Source of the DNA: Candidatus Curtissbacteria bacterium RIFCSPLOWO2_02_41_11
Lineage (GTDB): Bacteria; Patescibacteriota; Microgenomatia; Curtissbacterales; GWA2-41-24
NCBI GenBank assembly: GCA_001775055.1
Contig: MFBU01000014.1
Coordinates: forward strand, 120,535 to 184,534
Direction of reading: 5' to 3'
Length of the DNA stretch: 64,000 bases
Made by a program: the position numbers and the translations under genes. Numbering within the stretch: the first letter of the stretch is position 1; every line of letters begins with the position of its first letter. A model generated the notes under the pieces. It ran no database searches and was not told where the DNA came from. It was given only the letters and a program-made list of their open reading frames with translations. Positions 1-9,528 of the stretch are shown piece by piece.

Positions 1-71
1 CTCGTTTAGTCCATTTTCTTGACAACTTATCTTTCGCCGGAATTGGAGAAAACGAATATTTTCCTGGAGCA

Positions 72-1112
72 ATGTTCTTTTTCTTAATACCAGGTTTAGC
101 ACTTTTATTTGGTCCCAATAATGCCCAAACTTACCTTGCAGGACTAATCACCGTCAACATCCTCACCATAATTATTCTTCTTTATCTTTATCGCAGGCAT
201 AATCATTTTTCACCATTAATTTTTCTGGCAATTTTACTTTTTTCGGGCCCGATATTTTTTTTCCGTCATGATCTTTTTGTTTCTTTAGTCGTAATTCTAT
301 CTCTGCTTTTATGGAAATTACACAAAAGAAATTTCGCTGCTTTAATTCTTGGAATCAGTGTCAGCATCAAAATTTATCCTCTTTTAATCCTTCCATATTT
401 TTTAATTTTGTCCCTTAAAAATTATAATCTTCGTAAAAGTGTAGAAATTTTTGTCATATTTATATCGGGTGCTTTTTTAGTTTTTGGCCTTTATTCCCTT
501 TTAGGATCTTCCCCAAATGAAATTCTTGATACTATTCACCTAAACTCACTTAAACCAGTTCACATAGAGAGTTTATGGGGCAGCTTTTTGACAATTTTTT
601 CTAAAATGATTAACGGACAATGGGCGCTTGGTAAAGGAGAGCATGGAATTTTCGGAATCGACTCACGATACATTTTTCTACCCCTTACTTTTTACAATTA
701 TTTTTGGATAATTCCCTTAGGCATTTTTTATCTTTCTCTTTACAAGAAAGTTAGCAAAAATGGTGAACTGATGATCGAAGCTGTCTTTTTGATACTTTTA
801 TTATTTATCATTTTCTCAAAAATTCTTACTGGTCAATATATCTTCTGGATTCTTGCACTTTTCCCTTTATTCAAATATCATCAGAAACTCGAAACCTTAT
901 ACGTAATTTCATTTCTTATTATTTTGTTTATTGTCTTTCTCACACAATATATTTATCCACTTCACTATAATGAGCTTTTGGGAATTTTCTATACTTCAGG
1001 AGGTCAAGTAAAATATTTTTACATATTACTTCTTAGAAACTTGCTATTGTTAGTGCTTTTTGTATTGGTTGCTAAGTATGCTTTCGAAGATAAAATTTCA
1101 GGAAACACATGA
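72..1112 (+). CDS. polytopic integral membrane protein, GT-C-like (DUF2029/PMT-like) putative glycosyltransferase
   Basis: About 10 predicted hydrophobic TM helices. Resembles the GT-C/DUF2029 membrane glycosyltransferase layout (KIYPLLILPYF). Overlaps the next ORF by 4 nt (ATGA). Confidence 0.4.
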   Translation: MFFFLIPGLALLFGPNNAQTYLAGLITVNILTIIILLYLYRRHNHFSPLIFLAILLFSGPIFFFRHDLFVSLVVILSLLLWKLHKRNFAALILGISVSIKIYPLLILPYFLILSLKNYNLRKSVEIFVIFISGAFLVFGLYSLLGSSPNEILDTIHLNSLKPVHIESLWGSFLTIFSKMINGQWALGKGEHGIFGIDSRYIFLPLTFYNYFWIIPLGIFYLSLYKKVSKNGELMIEAVFLILLLFIIFSKILTGQYIFWILALFPLFKYHQKLETLYVISFLIILFIVFLTQYIYPLHYNELLGIFYTSGGQVKYFYILLLRNLLLLVLFVLVAKYAFEDKISGNT

Positions 1113-2752
1113 AGAATCTATTACAGATCGATAAATACTTTATTGCAATATTTGGCATTTTCGGTTTTTTATTTTGGCATTTCGCCAAAGATATGCTTCA
1201 GATAAGATCTGATGGCTGGTATGTCGGCCATGTTAATCTTTGGGGTGATCTTGCTTATCATTTAACTCTTATAAATAAGTTCTTAGAATCAGGTAACTTA
1301 TTGCCAGATAATCCAATTTTTGCAGGAGATAAAATTAATTACCCTATTTTTGCTGACTGGAGTACTGCCCAAATTGCCCGATTCACTGGGGTTGATTTTG
1401 CCTTGTTTATTACTACCTTTATAGTAGGATTGATATTGATTTATATCTCCAGATATTTCATTAAGATTTTTATAAAAAATGACAAAATTGTTTTTCTTGT
1501 TCTTCTTATTTTCTTTCTAAACGGAGGATTAGGTTTTTATTATTTCTTTCAGGACTATTTGTCATCTGGAAACTCAATCTTTAACTTTCTTATAAATCTA
1601 CCGAGAGAATACACTAATATTCAGCAAAATGGCTATTGGTGGATTAATGTTTATCTGGCATACTTTCTGCCACAAAGGGGGTTTTTATTTGCTTTCCCAA
1701 TCACTTTAACAGTTTTAATTCTTCTTTATTTAGGGTGGCAAAAAAGTAATAAAAAATTCTTTATACTCGCAGGATTCCTTGCAGGCATTTTACCTTTAGT
1801 TCAGGCACATAGCCTTTTCGTTATCTTTTTAATTTCTTTATTCTTCAGTATTGTAACAGTTCTTTTTGCCAAAGGGAAAAAAGGGGTCATTTTAAACTGG
1901 GCAATTTTTGCTTCCTTGACAATAGTTTTAGCTCTGCCGATTTTTAATGTAGTTTCATCTATAGGAAATCCCTTAAAGTATTTTCGTTTTGATCCCGGTT
2001 GGACGAGCCAGGAAAATATATTTTGGTTTTGGTTCAAAAATCTTGGGCTGTTTGCCCCAATGCTTCTGATTTCGCTGATATGGCTTTTTAAAAAAAATCG
2101 CCAATTTTTAATTCTTTATTCCCCCTTTTTGCTAATATTTCTGCTTTCAAACATTTTTATCTTTCAACCTTGGGATTTCGACAATGGCAAACTTTTAATT
2201 TATTGGTTTTTTGCTTCGAGTATAGTTGTAGCCTATTTTTTATACGATCAGTTTTTTGCTGAAGATTTTGTTAGAAAAACCCTTGGTCTAATTATTTTAT
2301 TCTTCATGATATTTGCTGGAGGCCTAGATATATTTAGAACATTTACGCCAATTACTAATTACCAACTTTTTTCCAGACAAGATTTAGAAGTTGCCGCTGC
2401 AGTAAAAAATTTAACCCCAAAAAATACACAGTTTGTGACAGCTAATAATCACAATCATCCGATCCCTGTTTTAACAGGACGATCTACGCTCTTGGGATTT
2501 CCTGGTTGGATTTGGAGTCATGGTATCGATTATTACCAAAGGGAAATTGATATCCAAGATATTTATACAGGTGGTAAAAAAGCTGAACGATTAATTTCGC
2601 AGTACAAGGTAAACTATATTACTGTTGGTCCTAATGAAAGAGCGAGTTTTAATATTAATGAAGGATATTTCACCAAGTACCCTAGTATTTTTTTAGGCAG
2701 TGGATGGGTAATCTATGATGTTAGTTATTTATGGACCGACGGCGACCGGTAA
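1109..2752 (+). CDS. large polytopic membrane protein with C-terminal soluble domain (putative GT-C / ArnT-PMT-like glycosyltransferase)
   Basis: Many TM segments followed by a roughly 150-aa hydrophilic C-terminus. Translationally coupled to the upstream membrane protein. Assignment is by architecture only. Confidence 0.35.
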   Translation: MKNLLQIDKYFIAIFGIFGFLFWHFAKDMLQIRSDGWYVGHVNLWGDLAYHLTLINKFLESGNLLPDNPIFAGDKINYPIFADWSTAQIARFTGVDFALFITTFIVGLILIYISRYFIKIFIKNDKIVFLVLLIFFLNGGLGFYYFFQDYLSSGNSIFNFLINLPREYTNIQQNGYWWINVYLAYFLPQRGFLFAFPITLTVLILLYLGWQKSNKKFFILAGFLAGILPLVQAHSLFVIFLISLFFSIVTVLFAKGKKGVILNWAIFASLTIVLALPIFNVVSSIGNPLKYFRFDPGWTSQENIFWFWFKNLGLFAPMLLISLIWLFKKNRQFLILYSPFLLIFLLSNIFIFQPWDFDNGKLLIYWFFASSIVVAYFLYDQFFAEDFVRKTLGLIILFFMIFAGGLDIFRTFTPITNYQLFSRQDLEVAAAVKNLTPKNTQFVTANNHNHPIPVLTGRSTLLGFPGWIWSHGIDYYQREIDIQDIYTGGKKAERLISQYKVNYITVGPNERASFNINEGYFTKYPSIFLGSGWVIYDVSYLWTDGDR

Positions 2753-3683
2753 AACTACATTAGCAATCGAGCTTGCCCAAAAATACAATGGAGAATTAAT
2801 TTCTGCTGATTCGAGACAAGTCTATCGTGGTCTTGATATCGGAACAGGGAAGGTAAGTTTCACCTCAAAAATCGGAAAACATCAAGGCTTTTGGATAGTA
2901 GATGATGTAAAAATCCACGGTTTTGACTTAGTCAATCCCGGCCAAAGATTTTCTGTAGCAGATTTTCTTACATTCGCTAATAGTTCAATAGTTCAAACTA
3001 TTAAACTAAATAAGTTGCCAATTATTGTTGGTGGAACGGGGTTTTATATTAAAGCCCTAATTAATGGGATTGGCTCAATTGGTATTCCTTTAAATCCAAA
3101 ACTTCGTCAACAACTTGAAAAATTATCAACTACCGATCTTTATCAAAAACTTCTCGAAATTAATCCAAAACGCGCTCAATCGATGAATGACTCGGACAGA
3201 AAAAATCCGAGGCGTTTGATCCGCGCCATCGAAATTGCTACATATAACAAGAAACTAAAAACTAGAAACTTGAAACGAAAGATTATTCACTACCAACTAC
3301 CCACTACCAACTACCAGCTCGTTGGCCTTACTGCTCCCAACTTCTATCTCTACAATCGTTCCGACAAATGGCTCGAAGAACGTCTTTCCCATGGAATGGT
3401 TGATGAAGTCAAAAATCTTCTTGATCAAAAAGTTAAACCCCAGTGGCTTGATGATCTTGGCCTTGAATACCGTTGGCTAACCCGATATTTACTTGGGCAA
3501 ATCACAAAGGAAGAAGCCATCAACCGTCTTAGAGGTGACATCCATTCTTTCATCCGTCGCCAAAAAACCTGGTTTCGGCAATTTCCAAATATTTATCTAT
3601 TTGATATCTCAAAACCAAGTTGGCGCCAAAAGTTAGAAAAAATAGTTAGCCTCTGCTATACTCAAACAAATGTCGCAAGATAA
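2715..3683 (+). CDS. miaA: tRNA dimethylallyltransferase (tRNA isopentenyltransferase)
   Basis: N-terminal P-loop LVIYGPTATGKTTLAIELA followed by ISADSRQVYRGLDIGTGK, the canonical MiaA signature. Length is about 320 aa. The true start is probably the second Met (about 2718-2721). Confidence 0.85.
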   Translation: MMLVIYGPTATGKTTLAIELAQKYNGELISADSRQVYRGLDIGTGKVSFTSKIGKHQGFWIVDDVKIHGFDLVNPGQRFSVADFLTFANSSIVQTIKLNKLPIIVGGTGFYIKALINGIGSIGIPLNPKLRQQLEKLSTTDLYQKLLEINPKRAQSMNDSDRKNPRRLIRAIEIATYNKKLKTRNLKRKIIHYQLPTTNYQLVGLTAPNFYLYNRSDKWLEERLSHGMVDEVKNLLDQKVKPQWLDDLGLEYRWLTRYLLGQITKEEAINRLRGDIHSFIRRQKTWFRQFPNIYLFDISKPSWRQKLEKIVSLCYTQTNVAR

Positions 3684-4701
3684 TTCACCAACCCGCATTG
3701 AAATTTCCTACAAGACGGTTATCTTTACTGTGGCTGTTTTGGTCGGGCTTTGGTTTATCATCCAAATTCGCCAAATTATTATCTTAGTCTTCTTATCAAT
3801 TATTTTACTTTCGGCGCTGCTTCGACCAGTCGAATGGCTAACAGCAAGACGTATCCCCAGAGTCTTAAGCGTTCTTTTAGTTTATATTATTCTTATCGCT
3901 CTTATTGCCTTTATCGTTGGTATTATTATTCCACCACTGGTTGCTCAAACTTCCGATTTTATCTCCAAACTACCGCAGATCGTTTCAACGATCAATAACT
4001 TTCTTGTTTTTAATAAAATACCAATAGAAAATCTTTCAAGTGTTATTGCCGGGCAAGTTCAACAAATTGCCCAAAATTTCCTAAGTATCTTCAAAGCCAT
4101 TTTCTCAAGTATTTTCTTATTAATTACAATCTTTGTCTTCACTTTTTATCTTCTTTTGGAATGGAAAAGTTTTGTGAAGTTAATTGGCTCACCCTTTTCT
4201 GGCAGACAAGAAAAAAAAGTAACTAGTATTATTGCTAAAGTTGAAACTGGTTTAGGAGGTTGGGTAAGAGGCCAAATCACTTTATCTTTAGTTGTAGGCA
4301 TCTTGACATTTATCGGTCTGACTATCTTACAAATCCCTTTTGCCCTGCCTTTGGCCTTAGTTGCTGGGATTCTTGAAATTGTGCCAATTATCGGACCGAT
4401 CATTTCAGCAATTCCTGCTATTCTTGTCGGCTTAACAATTTCCCCCATTGTGGCATTGGCAGTGGCTGCCCTGTTTTTTATAGTTCAACAGCTTGAGAAT
4501 CATTTAATTGTACCGATGGTTATGTCCAAAGTTGTCGGATTGCAGCCTCCGGTAGTCATCATTACTCTTTTAATTGGTGCCAAGCTTGCCGGCATCGGCG
4601 GGGCCTTTTTAGCTATCCCCACCGTTGTTGTTGCCAGAATTATTTTCAAAGAATTATTAACTGAAGATCAAAAACTCGAGGATGGGTTGAAAGAAGAATA
4701 G
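3670..4701 (+). CDS. AI-2E family transporter (UPF0118/PerM-like permease)
   Basis: Eight TM helices. C-terminal QQLENHLIVPMVMSKVVGLQPPVVIITLLIGAKLAGIGGAFLAIPTVVV is typical of the AI-2E/YhhT family. Confidence 0.7.
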   Translation: MSQDNSPTRIEISYKTVIFTVAVLVGLWFIIQIRQIIILVFLSIILLSALLRPVEWLTARRIPRVLSVLLVYIILIALIAFIVGIIIPPLVAQTSDFISKLPQIVSTINNFLVFNKIPIENLSSVIAGQVQQIAQNFLSIFKAIFSSIFLLITIFVFTFYLLLEWKSFVKLIGSPFSGRQEKKVTSIIAKVETGLGGWVRGQITLSLVVGILTFIGLTILQIPFALPLALVAGILEIVPIIGPIISAIPAILVGLTISPIVALAVAALFFIVQQLENHLIVPMVMSKVVGLQPPVVIITLLIGAKLAGIGGAFLAIPTVVVARIIFKELLTEDQKLEDGLKEE

Positions 4702-4728
4702 ATTTTTGGTAAAATTTAAGTTCGATTT

Positions 4729-5087
4729 CGGGAAGAAGAACGATCGCCCCGCCAAAAATTTAATATTTAGGCGGGGAGGAAAGTCCAGACAGCACCAAGC
4801 AGGGGACGGAGCGTAAGCTCCGACTAATGATAGCTGGTGTCTAAACTCTTTATCCGCGTGTGGAGTTTAGAACAAGTCTTGAATTAACAAGACTTGAGAG
4901 TCACAGAGACGAGCGGGAGTGAAACGTTGACAATCCTACCTGCTGCAACCCAGAATAGAACCGTTTGACCATGCTTCGGGGAGGTTCTAAGTAGGGGCAG
5001 CCGCCTAAAAGGCGAGCCGAAGTGATTAAAACGTCATTTCGAGATAGATGATCGTTAGAACAGAATCTGGCTTACTCTCTTCCCGAA
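4729..5087 (+). ncRNA. rnpB: RNase P RNA (bacterial type)
   Basis: Conserved GGCGGGGAGGAAAGTCCAGACAGCACC (the P4 5' strand and GGAAAGUCCGGGC motif). The 3' ACAGAATCTGGCTTA motif (ACAGAAcCCGGCUUA consensus) is present. The P1 helix pairs gggaagaagaa at 4729-4739 with tctcttccc at 5079-5087. Lies in a 450-nt non-coding gap. Confidence 0.8.
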
Positions 5088-5154
5088 ATTTTTTTTGCTT
5101 CAAATCCTCCAAAAATTTGACTGCTAGTGCAAAAAGATGCCATTATAATAATGT

Positions 5155-5355
5155 ATGGCCAAAAAACTAACCCTAAAAAGGTCCAAGAGTAATCCATTGT
5201 CGCAATTGTTGATCGCGGCAACAGCCCTAGTTATCTTGGTGGCAGCTTTTGAGTTTGTCACTCAAAATGACTTCACCTCAATCGCTCCCACCCAGCTCTT
5301 TTTAGTTGCCGGAGTCTTGGGCGTTTTAGGTCTTTACCTTAAAGACGAAAAGTAA
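5155..5355 (+). CDS. small two-TM membrane protein, unknown function
   Basis: 66-aa ORF with two hydrophobic helices. Upstream TTGACT ... TATAAT-like promoter with a very short leader. No homology recognised. Confidence 0.3.
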   Translation: MAKKLTLKRSKSNPLSQLLIAATALVILVAAFEFVTQNDFTSIAPTQLFLVAGVLGVLGLYLKDEK

Positions 5356-5420
5356 AGCTCTTTCTAAAAACCTCAATCCTTTGAACTAGGGTTTGACATA
5401 ACTTACCCAAACTTACTATA

Positions 5421-6035
5421 TTGAGCACAATTGTGAAGCGGATAGTCGTTTTAATCTCCAACAAAGGTACGGGTACAAACTTACAAGCAATCATTGATGG
5501 AGTAGAAAGTGGTCAAATCAATGCGCAGGTTGTTGCCGTCATCAGCGATACCGAAGAAGCGCTAGGATTACAACGGGCTAAAAAACACCACCTACCAATC
5601 GAAATTTGTCCCAAAAAAGAAGATTTGCTTTTTCTCCTAAAAAACCTTAATCCTGACTATATTTGTCTTGCCGGCTGGAAACAAATTATTTTAGATGAAG
5701 TGATTGATACATTCCCGAACCGTATTTTAAATACTCACCCCGGCCTTATTCCTGACACTATTGATGGGGTAGTCAATAATCCAGATGACACAGATGCCTT
5801 ATGGAACAGGGGCAAAATGACAGATAAGGCAATCCAGAATTTTTTTGATAATAAGGCTACATATGCCGGTTGTACTAATCACTTTTTATCTTATGAATTT
5901 GACTTTGGCCCGGTTCTTGGCAGATGCTTTGAAAAAATTCTGCCGAATGACACAGTAGATTCTCTCTATACTAGACTTAAGAAAAAAGAGAATGACCTAT
6001 ACGTAAAAGTTCTGCATAAACTTTGTAAAAGTTAG
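5421..6035 (+). CDS. purN: phosphoribosylglycinamide formyltransferase
   Basis: N-terminus IVVLISNKGTGTNLQAIIDG matches the PurN consensus (VLISGNGSNLQAII). Also LAGW..IL and NTHPGLIP (the NIHPSLLP motif). Carries about a 15-aa insertion after the HP motif. Confidence 0.7.
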   Translation: MSTIVKRIVVLISNKGTGTNLQAIIDGVESGQINAQVVAVISDTEEALGLQRAKKHHLPIEICPKKEDLLFLLKNLNPDYICLAGWKQIILDEVIDTFPNRILNTHPGLIPDTIDGVVNNPDDTDALWNRGKMTDKAIQNFFDNKATYAGCTNHFLSYEFDFGPVLGRCFEKILPNDTVDSLYTRLKKKENDLYVKVLHKLCKS

Positions 6036-6037
6036 CC

Positions 6038-7390
6038 ATGAAGAAAGCAACTATTTTGGTAATTGACGGTGGCGGCCGGGGAGCGGTTCTTGTCGATAAA
6101 TATTGCCAAAGTCGCCATGTCACACAAGTCTTGGCAGTCCCTGGCAATGACCTGATGAAAAAGCTCTCTCAAAAGCCTGTCAATATTTTCCCCAAAATTA
6201 AGACAACTGACATTTTATCAATAATCAAAATTTGCCAAAGCGAAAAAGTCGATCTAGTTGATGTTGTTCAGGACGATGCTGTTGCGAAAGGAGTAGTCGA
6301 TGCTTTGCAAAATGAGGGAATTCGCGTCTTTGGTCCCACTAAGGCAGCTTCCCAAATCGAATGGGATAAAGCCTGGGCCCGCAATTTTATGAAAAAATTT
6401 AAAATCCCAGCTCCGGAATTTAAAATCTGCAAATCATCTCAAGAAGGCATCGATTTCATCAAATCGCAAAAACGAGGCGAGTGGTTTATCAAAACCTCAG
6501 GACTGGCTGCTGGCAAAGGTGCTTTATATGCTAAAGATAACCATCAAGCAATTCAAAAAATCAATCAAATGAAAGATTTTGGCAAGGCAGGCCAAACTTA
6601 TCTTATCGAAAAGTGTCTTGTCGGTGAAGAATTTTCCTCCTTTGCCATCGTTGACGGATCAAACTTTGTTCTTCTTGGCCATGCCCAAGACCACAAGCCG
6701 GTTTTTGACGGAGATTTAGGACCAAATACCGGAGGCATGGGTTGCTCGTCACCGCCAATGGCCATCACCAAAAAAATCGAAAAACAAATCAAAAACATTT
6801 TTAAAAAAACAACTGAAGGCTTGGTTAAAATTGGTCGTTCTTACAGGGGTATCCTTTACCTTGGTGGAATGATCGATAAAAACGGTATGGTTTATGTTAT
6901 TGAGTTTAATGCCCGCTGGGGCGATCCCGAGGCACAGGTGATTATTCCTTCAATCAAAAATGATTTTTACGAACTGGCAAATCAAGTTCTTGACGGGGGG
7001 ATTAAAAAAATTAAAATAAAGAAAGATAATTCTTATCGAATTGCAGTTACCGCTGCTTCTCGCGGTTATCCGTCTGATTATTCAAAAGTGATCGGTAAAC
7101 AAATTTTCGGTCTGGATCATCTTCTTAATCAATTCACTTCCTCTCGTCATCCTGAGAGAAGCGAAGGATCTTATAAAATCTTTGGCGCTGGTGTAAAAAT
7201 CCATAATAGTAAATATCTGGTAAACGGCGGTAGATTATTTTATGTGACGACAGCTGGCAAAAATGTTGCACAAGCCAGAAAAATAGCCTATAATGCTCTT
7301 TCTTTAGTCAATGTCGAAAGCGACAATTTACATTACCGCACCGACATCGGCTGGCGAGATTTAGAAAGATTCTATGGAAAGACATTTTAA
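6038..7390 (+). CDS. purD: phosphoribosylamine--glycine ligase (GAR synthetase)
   Basis: MKKATILVIDGGGRGAVL...AVPGN is the PurD N-terminus. It has the ATP-grasp core and a PurD C-domain. Contains an in-frame GC-rich insertion encoding SRHPERSEGS (see findings). Confidence 0.9.
   Translation: MKKATILVIDGGGRGAVLVDKYCQSRHVTQVLAVPGNDLMKKLSQKPVNIFPKIKTTDILSIIKICQSEKVDLVDVVQDDAVAKGVVDALQNEGIRVFGPTKAASQIEWDKAWARNFMKKFKIPAPEFKICKSSQEGIDFIKSQKRGEWFIKTSGLAAGKGALYAKDNHQAIQKINQMKDFGKAGQTYLIEKCLVGEEFSSFAIVDGSNFVLLGHAQDHKPVFDGDLGPNTGGMGCSSPPMAITKKIEKQIKNIFKKTTEGLVKIGRSYRGILYLGGMIDKNGMVYVIEFNARWGDPEAQVIIPSIKNDFYELANQVLDGGIKKIKIKKDNSYRIAVTAASRGYPSDYSKVIGKQIFGLDHLLNQFTSSRHPERSEGSYKIFGAGVKIHNSKYLVNGGRLFYVTTAGKNVAQARKIAYNALSLVNVESDNLHYRTDIGWRDLERFYGKTF
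7148..7170. repeat. GC-rich short element with core CCTGAG-N5-CGAAGGA, in-frame in purD
   Basis: tcatCCTGAGagaagCGAAGGAtc. Encodes RHPERSEGS, absent from canonical PurD alignments. Confidence 0.6.
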
Positions 7391-8564
7391 ATCATTCCAA
7401 GAATCAAGAAAAAATACTGTAGTCATACCTACACTACCAGAGCTTCAAAGAAGCAATGTCGTAGGCTGCTTTGATATTGAGGGTCCATGGTATCTTGGCG
7501 ATTTTATTGATGAAGCCATGGCAAGAAGTCTTGTGCCCAAAAACGGCTACCTAGAGGCTTCACCATCTTACGGCCAAATCATTTATCACGAGACTTGGGA
7601 ATGGTTTTCCCAAGCAACTACTCCTAGGGAAACAATATCTCCAGCTCAGGAAGGTACTGATACTATTTTCCCAATGATTTTATTTTTGGCCCAAGGGGTT
7701 GGCTATCAACATCTTGAAGAGCTTACGCTTAAGTCCAAACAAACAACTGGTTCTCAAGAACTTGTGGCTAGGCTTCAAAAAGAAGGTATTAATGTTTTTG
7801 GTATAACAACTGCCCCTCAACAGCCTTACCAAGCACTAGTTCGTCAAACAGGAATACTTGATGAGCGGCATGTCATTGGTTCTCCATTCCCAATTGACGA
7901 GACAAGAGAACTGTTACAACGAACAGGTGTTTGGGAACAAGAAATCGCCATTGTTCAGGCGTACCTTCAGGATTGTTACCAGATTATTAATGAACATTCT
8001 AAGATTATTTCAGAAAATGACCAGACCTCTCGAACTCTTTCCGAAACAGGCAGTAAATTATTAAAAGCCCGCATTGCACATTTTCACACAAATGAGCTAG
8101 GAGTCTCCTATGATCATAATCGTCGTCAATTAAGAGAAACTCCAAAAACTCTTTTGGGACAAGTTGTAGAAGGAATCTACATGCTTGGTGATCGGGCTAA
8201 AGTCATGGTCGCTGTTAGTCTTCATTTAAGATATGGACGAATTGATAGTACTCTAGTTGCTGTCGGTGATGGCCTTAATGATACTTTAATGCTTCAGATG
8301 GCCCCAATTTCAATCGGTATTAATGGGCCCGATGCAGCAAAAGCAGCCAAAATTGCAGTAGTGACCGAGGATATGAGAAGTCTTTGGCCGATTTTTGAAC
8401 AAATCTTGGTAGGACAGAGAGATATGGGCACTATTATTCACAGAGTCCAACAACAAGTTGGGTCAAGTGCCATTGTATGCCGTGGGGGACCAGCTATACC
8501 CAAAGAAATTCTGGATCAACACCGGGCGACTAAGAAAAAATTAAGAGGCGATATTATTTATTAA
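7374..8564 (+). CDS. HAD-superfamily hydrolase-like protein (Cof/P-type-ATPase-like motif IV)
   Basis: C-terminal VAVGDGLNDTLMLQMAPISIGINGPDAAKAAK is the classic HAD motif IV (GDGxND). N-terminal motif I is atypical (FDIEG). Local GC is higher than the neighbours. Confidence 0.4.
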   Translation: MERHFKSFQESRKNTVVIPTLPELQRSNVVGCFDIEGPWYLGDFIDEAMARSLVPKNGYLEASPSYGQIIYHETWEWFSQATTPRETISPAQEGTDTIFPMILFLAQGVGYQHLEELTLKSKQTTGSQELVARLQKEGINVFGITTAPQQPYQALVRQTGILDERHVIGSPFPIDETRELLQRTGVWEQEIAIVQAYLQDCYQIINEHSKIISENDQTSRTLSETGSKLLKARIAHFHTNELGVSYDHNRRQLRETPKTLLGQVVEGIYMLGDRAKVMVAVSLHLRYGRIDSTLVAVGDGLNDTLMLQMAPISIGINGPDAAKAAKIAVVTEDMRSLWPIFEQILVGQRDMGTIIHRVQQQVGSSAIVCRGGPAIPKEILDQHRATKKKLRGDIIY

Positions 8565-8566
8565 AA

Positions 8567-9517
8567 TTGATGTTAGATATAATTGGTATCGGTTCTGCAT
8601 TTGTTGATTACTTTTTCCGAACTGATGAGGATTTTTTAAAAAAGTATAACCTTAAACCCGAAGATGATTTTTTATTTGGAGAAAAGAAAATAAACCCCAA
8701 TACTATCTTCAGTCAGCTCAGACCAATTACCAAAAGCCCCGGCGGTATTGCTCTAAATACCATTGCAACTCTTGCAAAACTCGGTGTCAATGTTGGCTAT
8801 TATGGGGTAATCGGAAAGGATGAAAATGGAGATTTTTGGCTTAAAAATATCGGCAGAGTTGACACATCAAAAGTTAATACAGCCGGCAAGATGTCGATTT
8901 GCACCTGTCTTTTAACTCATCGAGGCAAACGAAGAACTTTTGTTTCCCAAGTCAATCCAAATGATTTTAATTTCCTAAAAAATCTTGATTATAACTATTT
9001 AAATAACGTCAAATTTATCCATTTGGGCCCGCTTATTCTAAACTCTAGAAAAGGTATCAAGCGTTCCATAAAATTAATAGAAAAAATTATCAAACCCAAA
9101 CTTAGTTTTTCACCCAGTATTTTATACATTGCCGAAGGATGGGAAAATTTACTCCCAATATTTAAAAAGACCTACATACTTTTCGTAAATCAAAAAGAAA
9201 TGAAATATCTGACTCATCAAAATCCAAAGTCTGGATCAAAAAAGCTTCTTAAATATGGTCCAAAAATCGTCGTCTGCACTTTGGCCGAAAAGGGAGCGCT
9301 GGTAACGACCTCCAATGATCAATTCCATTCCCCGCGAGTTGATGTAGCCAAAATTATCGATACCACCGGCGCAGGAGATGCCTTTGCCGCCGGTTTTCTC
9401 TATGGACTCATAAAGAACAAATCTCTAAAGTGGTCTGCAAATTTTGCCAATCAAATTGCTGCCAAAAGTCTGACAGATTTTGGGTTGCAATGGTTAAAGC
9501 CTGCCCACTTCAGTTAA
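8567..9517 (+). CDS. PfkB-family carbohydrate/nucleoside kinase (ribokinase/adenosine kinase-like)
   Basis: DTTGAGDAFAAGFLYGL is the PfkB signature 2, with a ribokinase-like fold pattern. Embedded in the purine cluster, which suggests nucleoside salvage. Confidence 0.7.
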   Translation: MMLDIIGIGSAFVDYFFRTDEDFLKKYNLKPEDDFLFGEKKINPNTIFSQLRPITKSPGGIALNTIATLAKLGVNVGYYGVIGKDENGDFWLKNIGRVDTSKVNTAGKMSICTCLLTHRGKRRTFVSQVNPNDFNFLKNLDYNYLNNVKFIHLGPLILNSRKGIKRSIKLIEKIIKPKLSFSPSILYIAEGWENLLPIFKKTYILFVNQKEMKYLTHQNPKSGSKKLLKYGPKIVVCTLAEKGALVTTSNDQFHSPRVDVAKIIDTTGAGDAFAAGFLYGLIKNKSLKWSANFANQIAAKSLTDFGLQWLKPAHFS

Positions 9518-9528
9518 AATAACCACAA

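Noticed and set aside
5117-5149. TTGACT ... TATAAT promoter upstream of the 66-aa ORF.
   Set aside because: The spacer is 21 nt, longer than functional sigma70 spacing. It may still be a promoter with a different -35 but is not reported as a feature.
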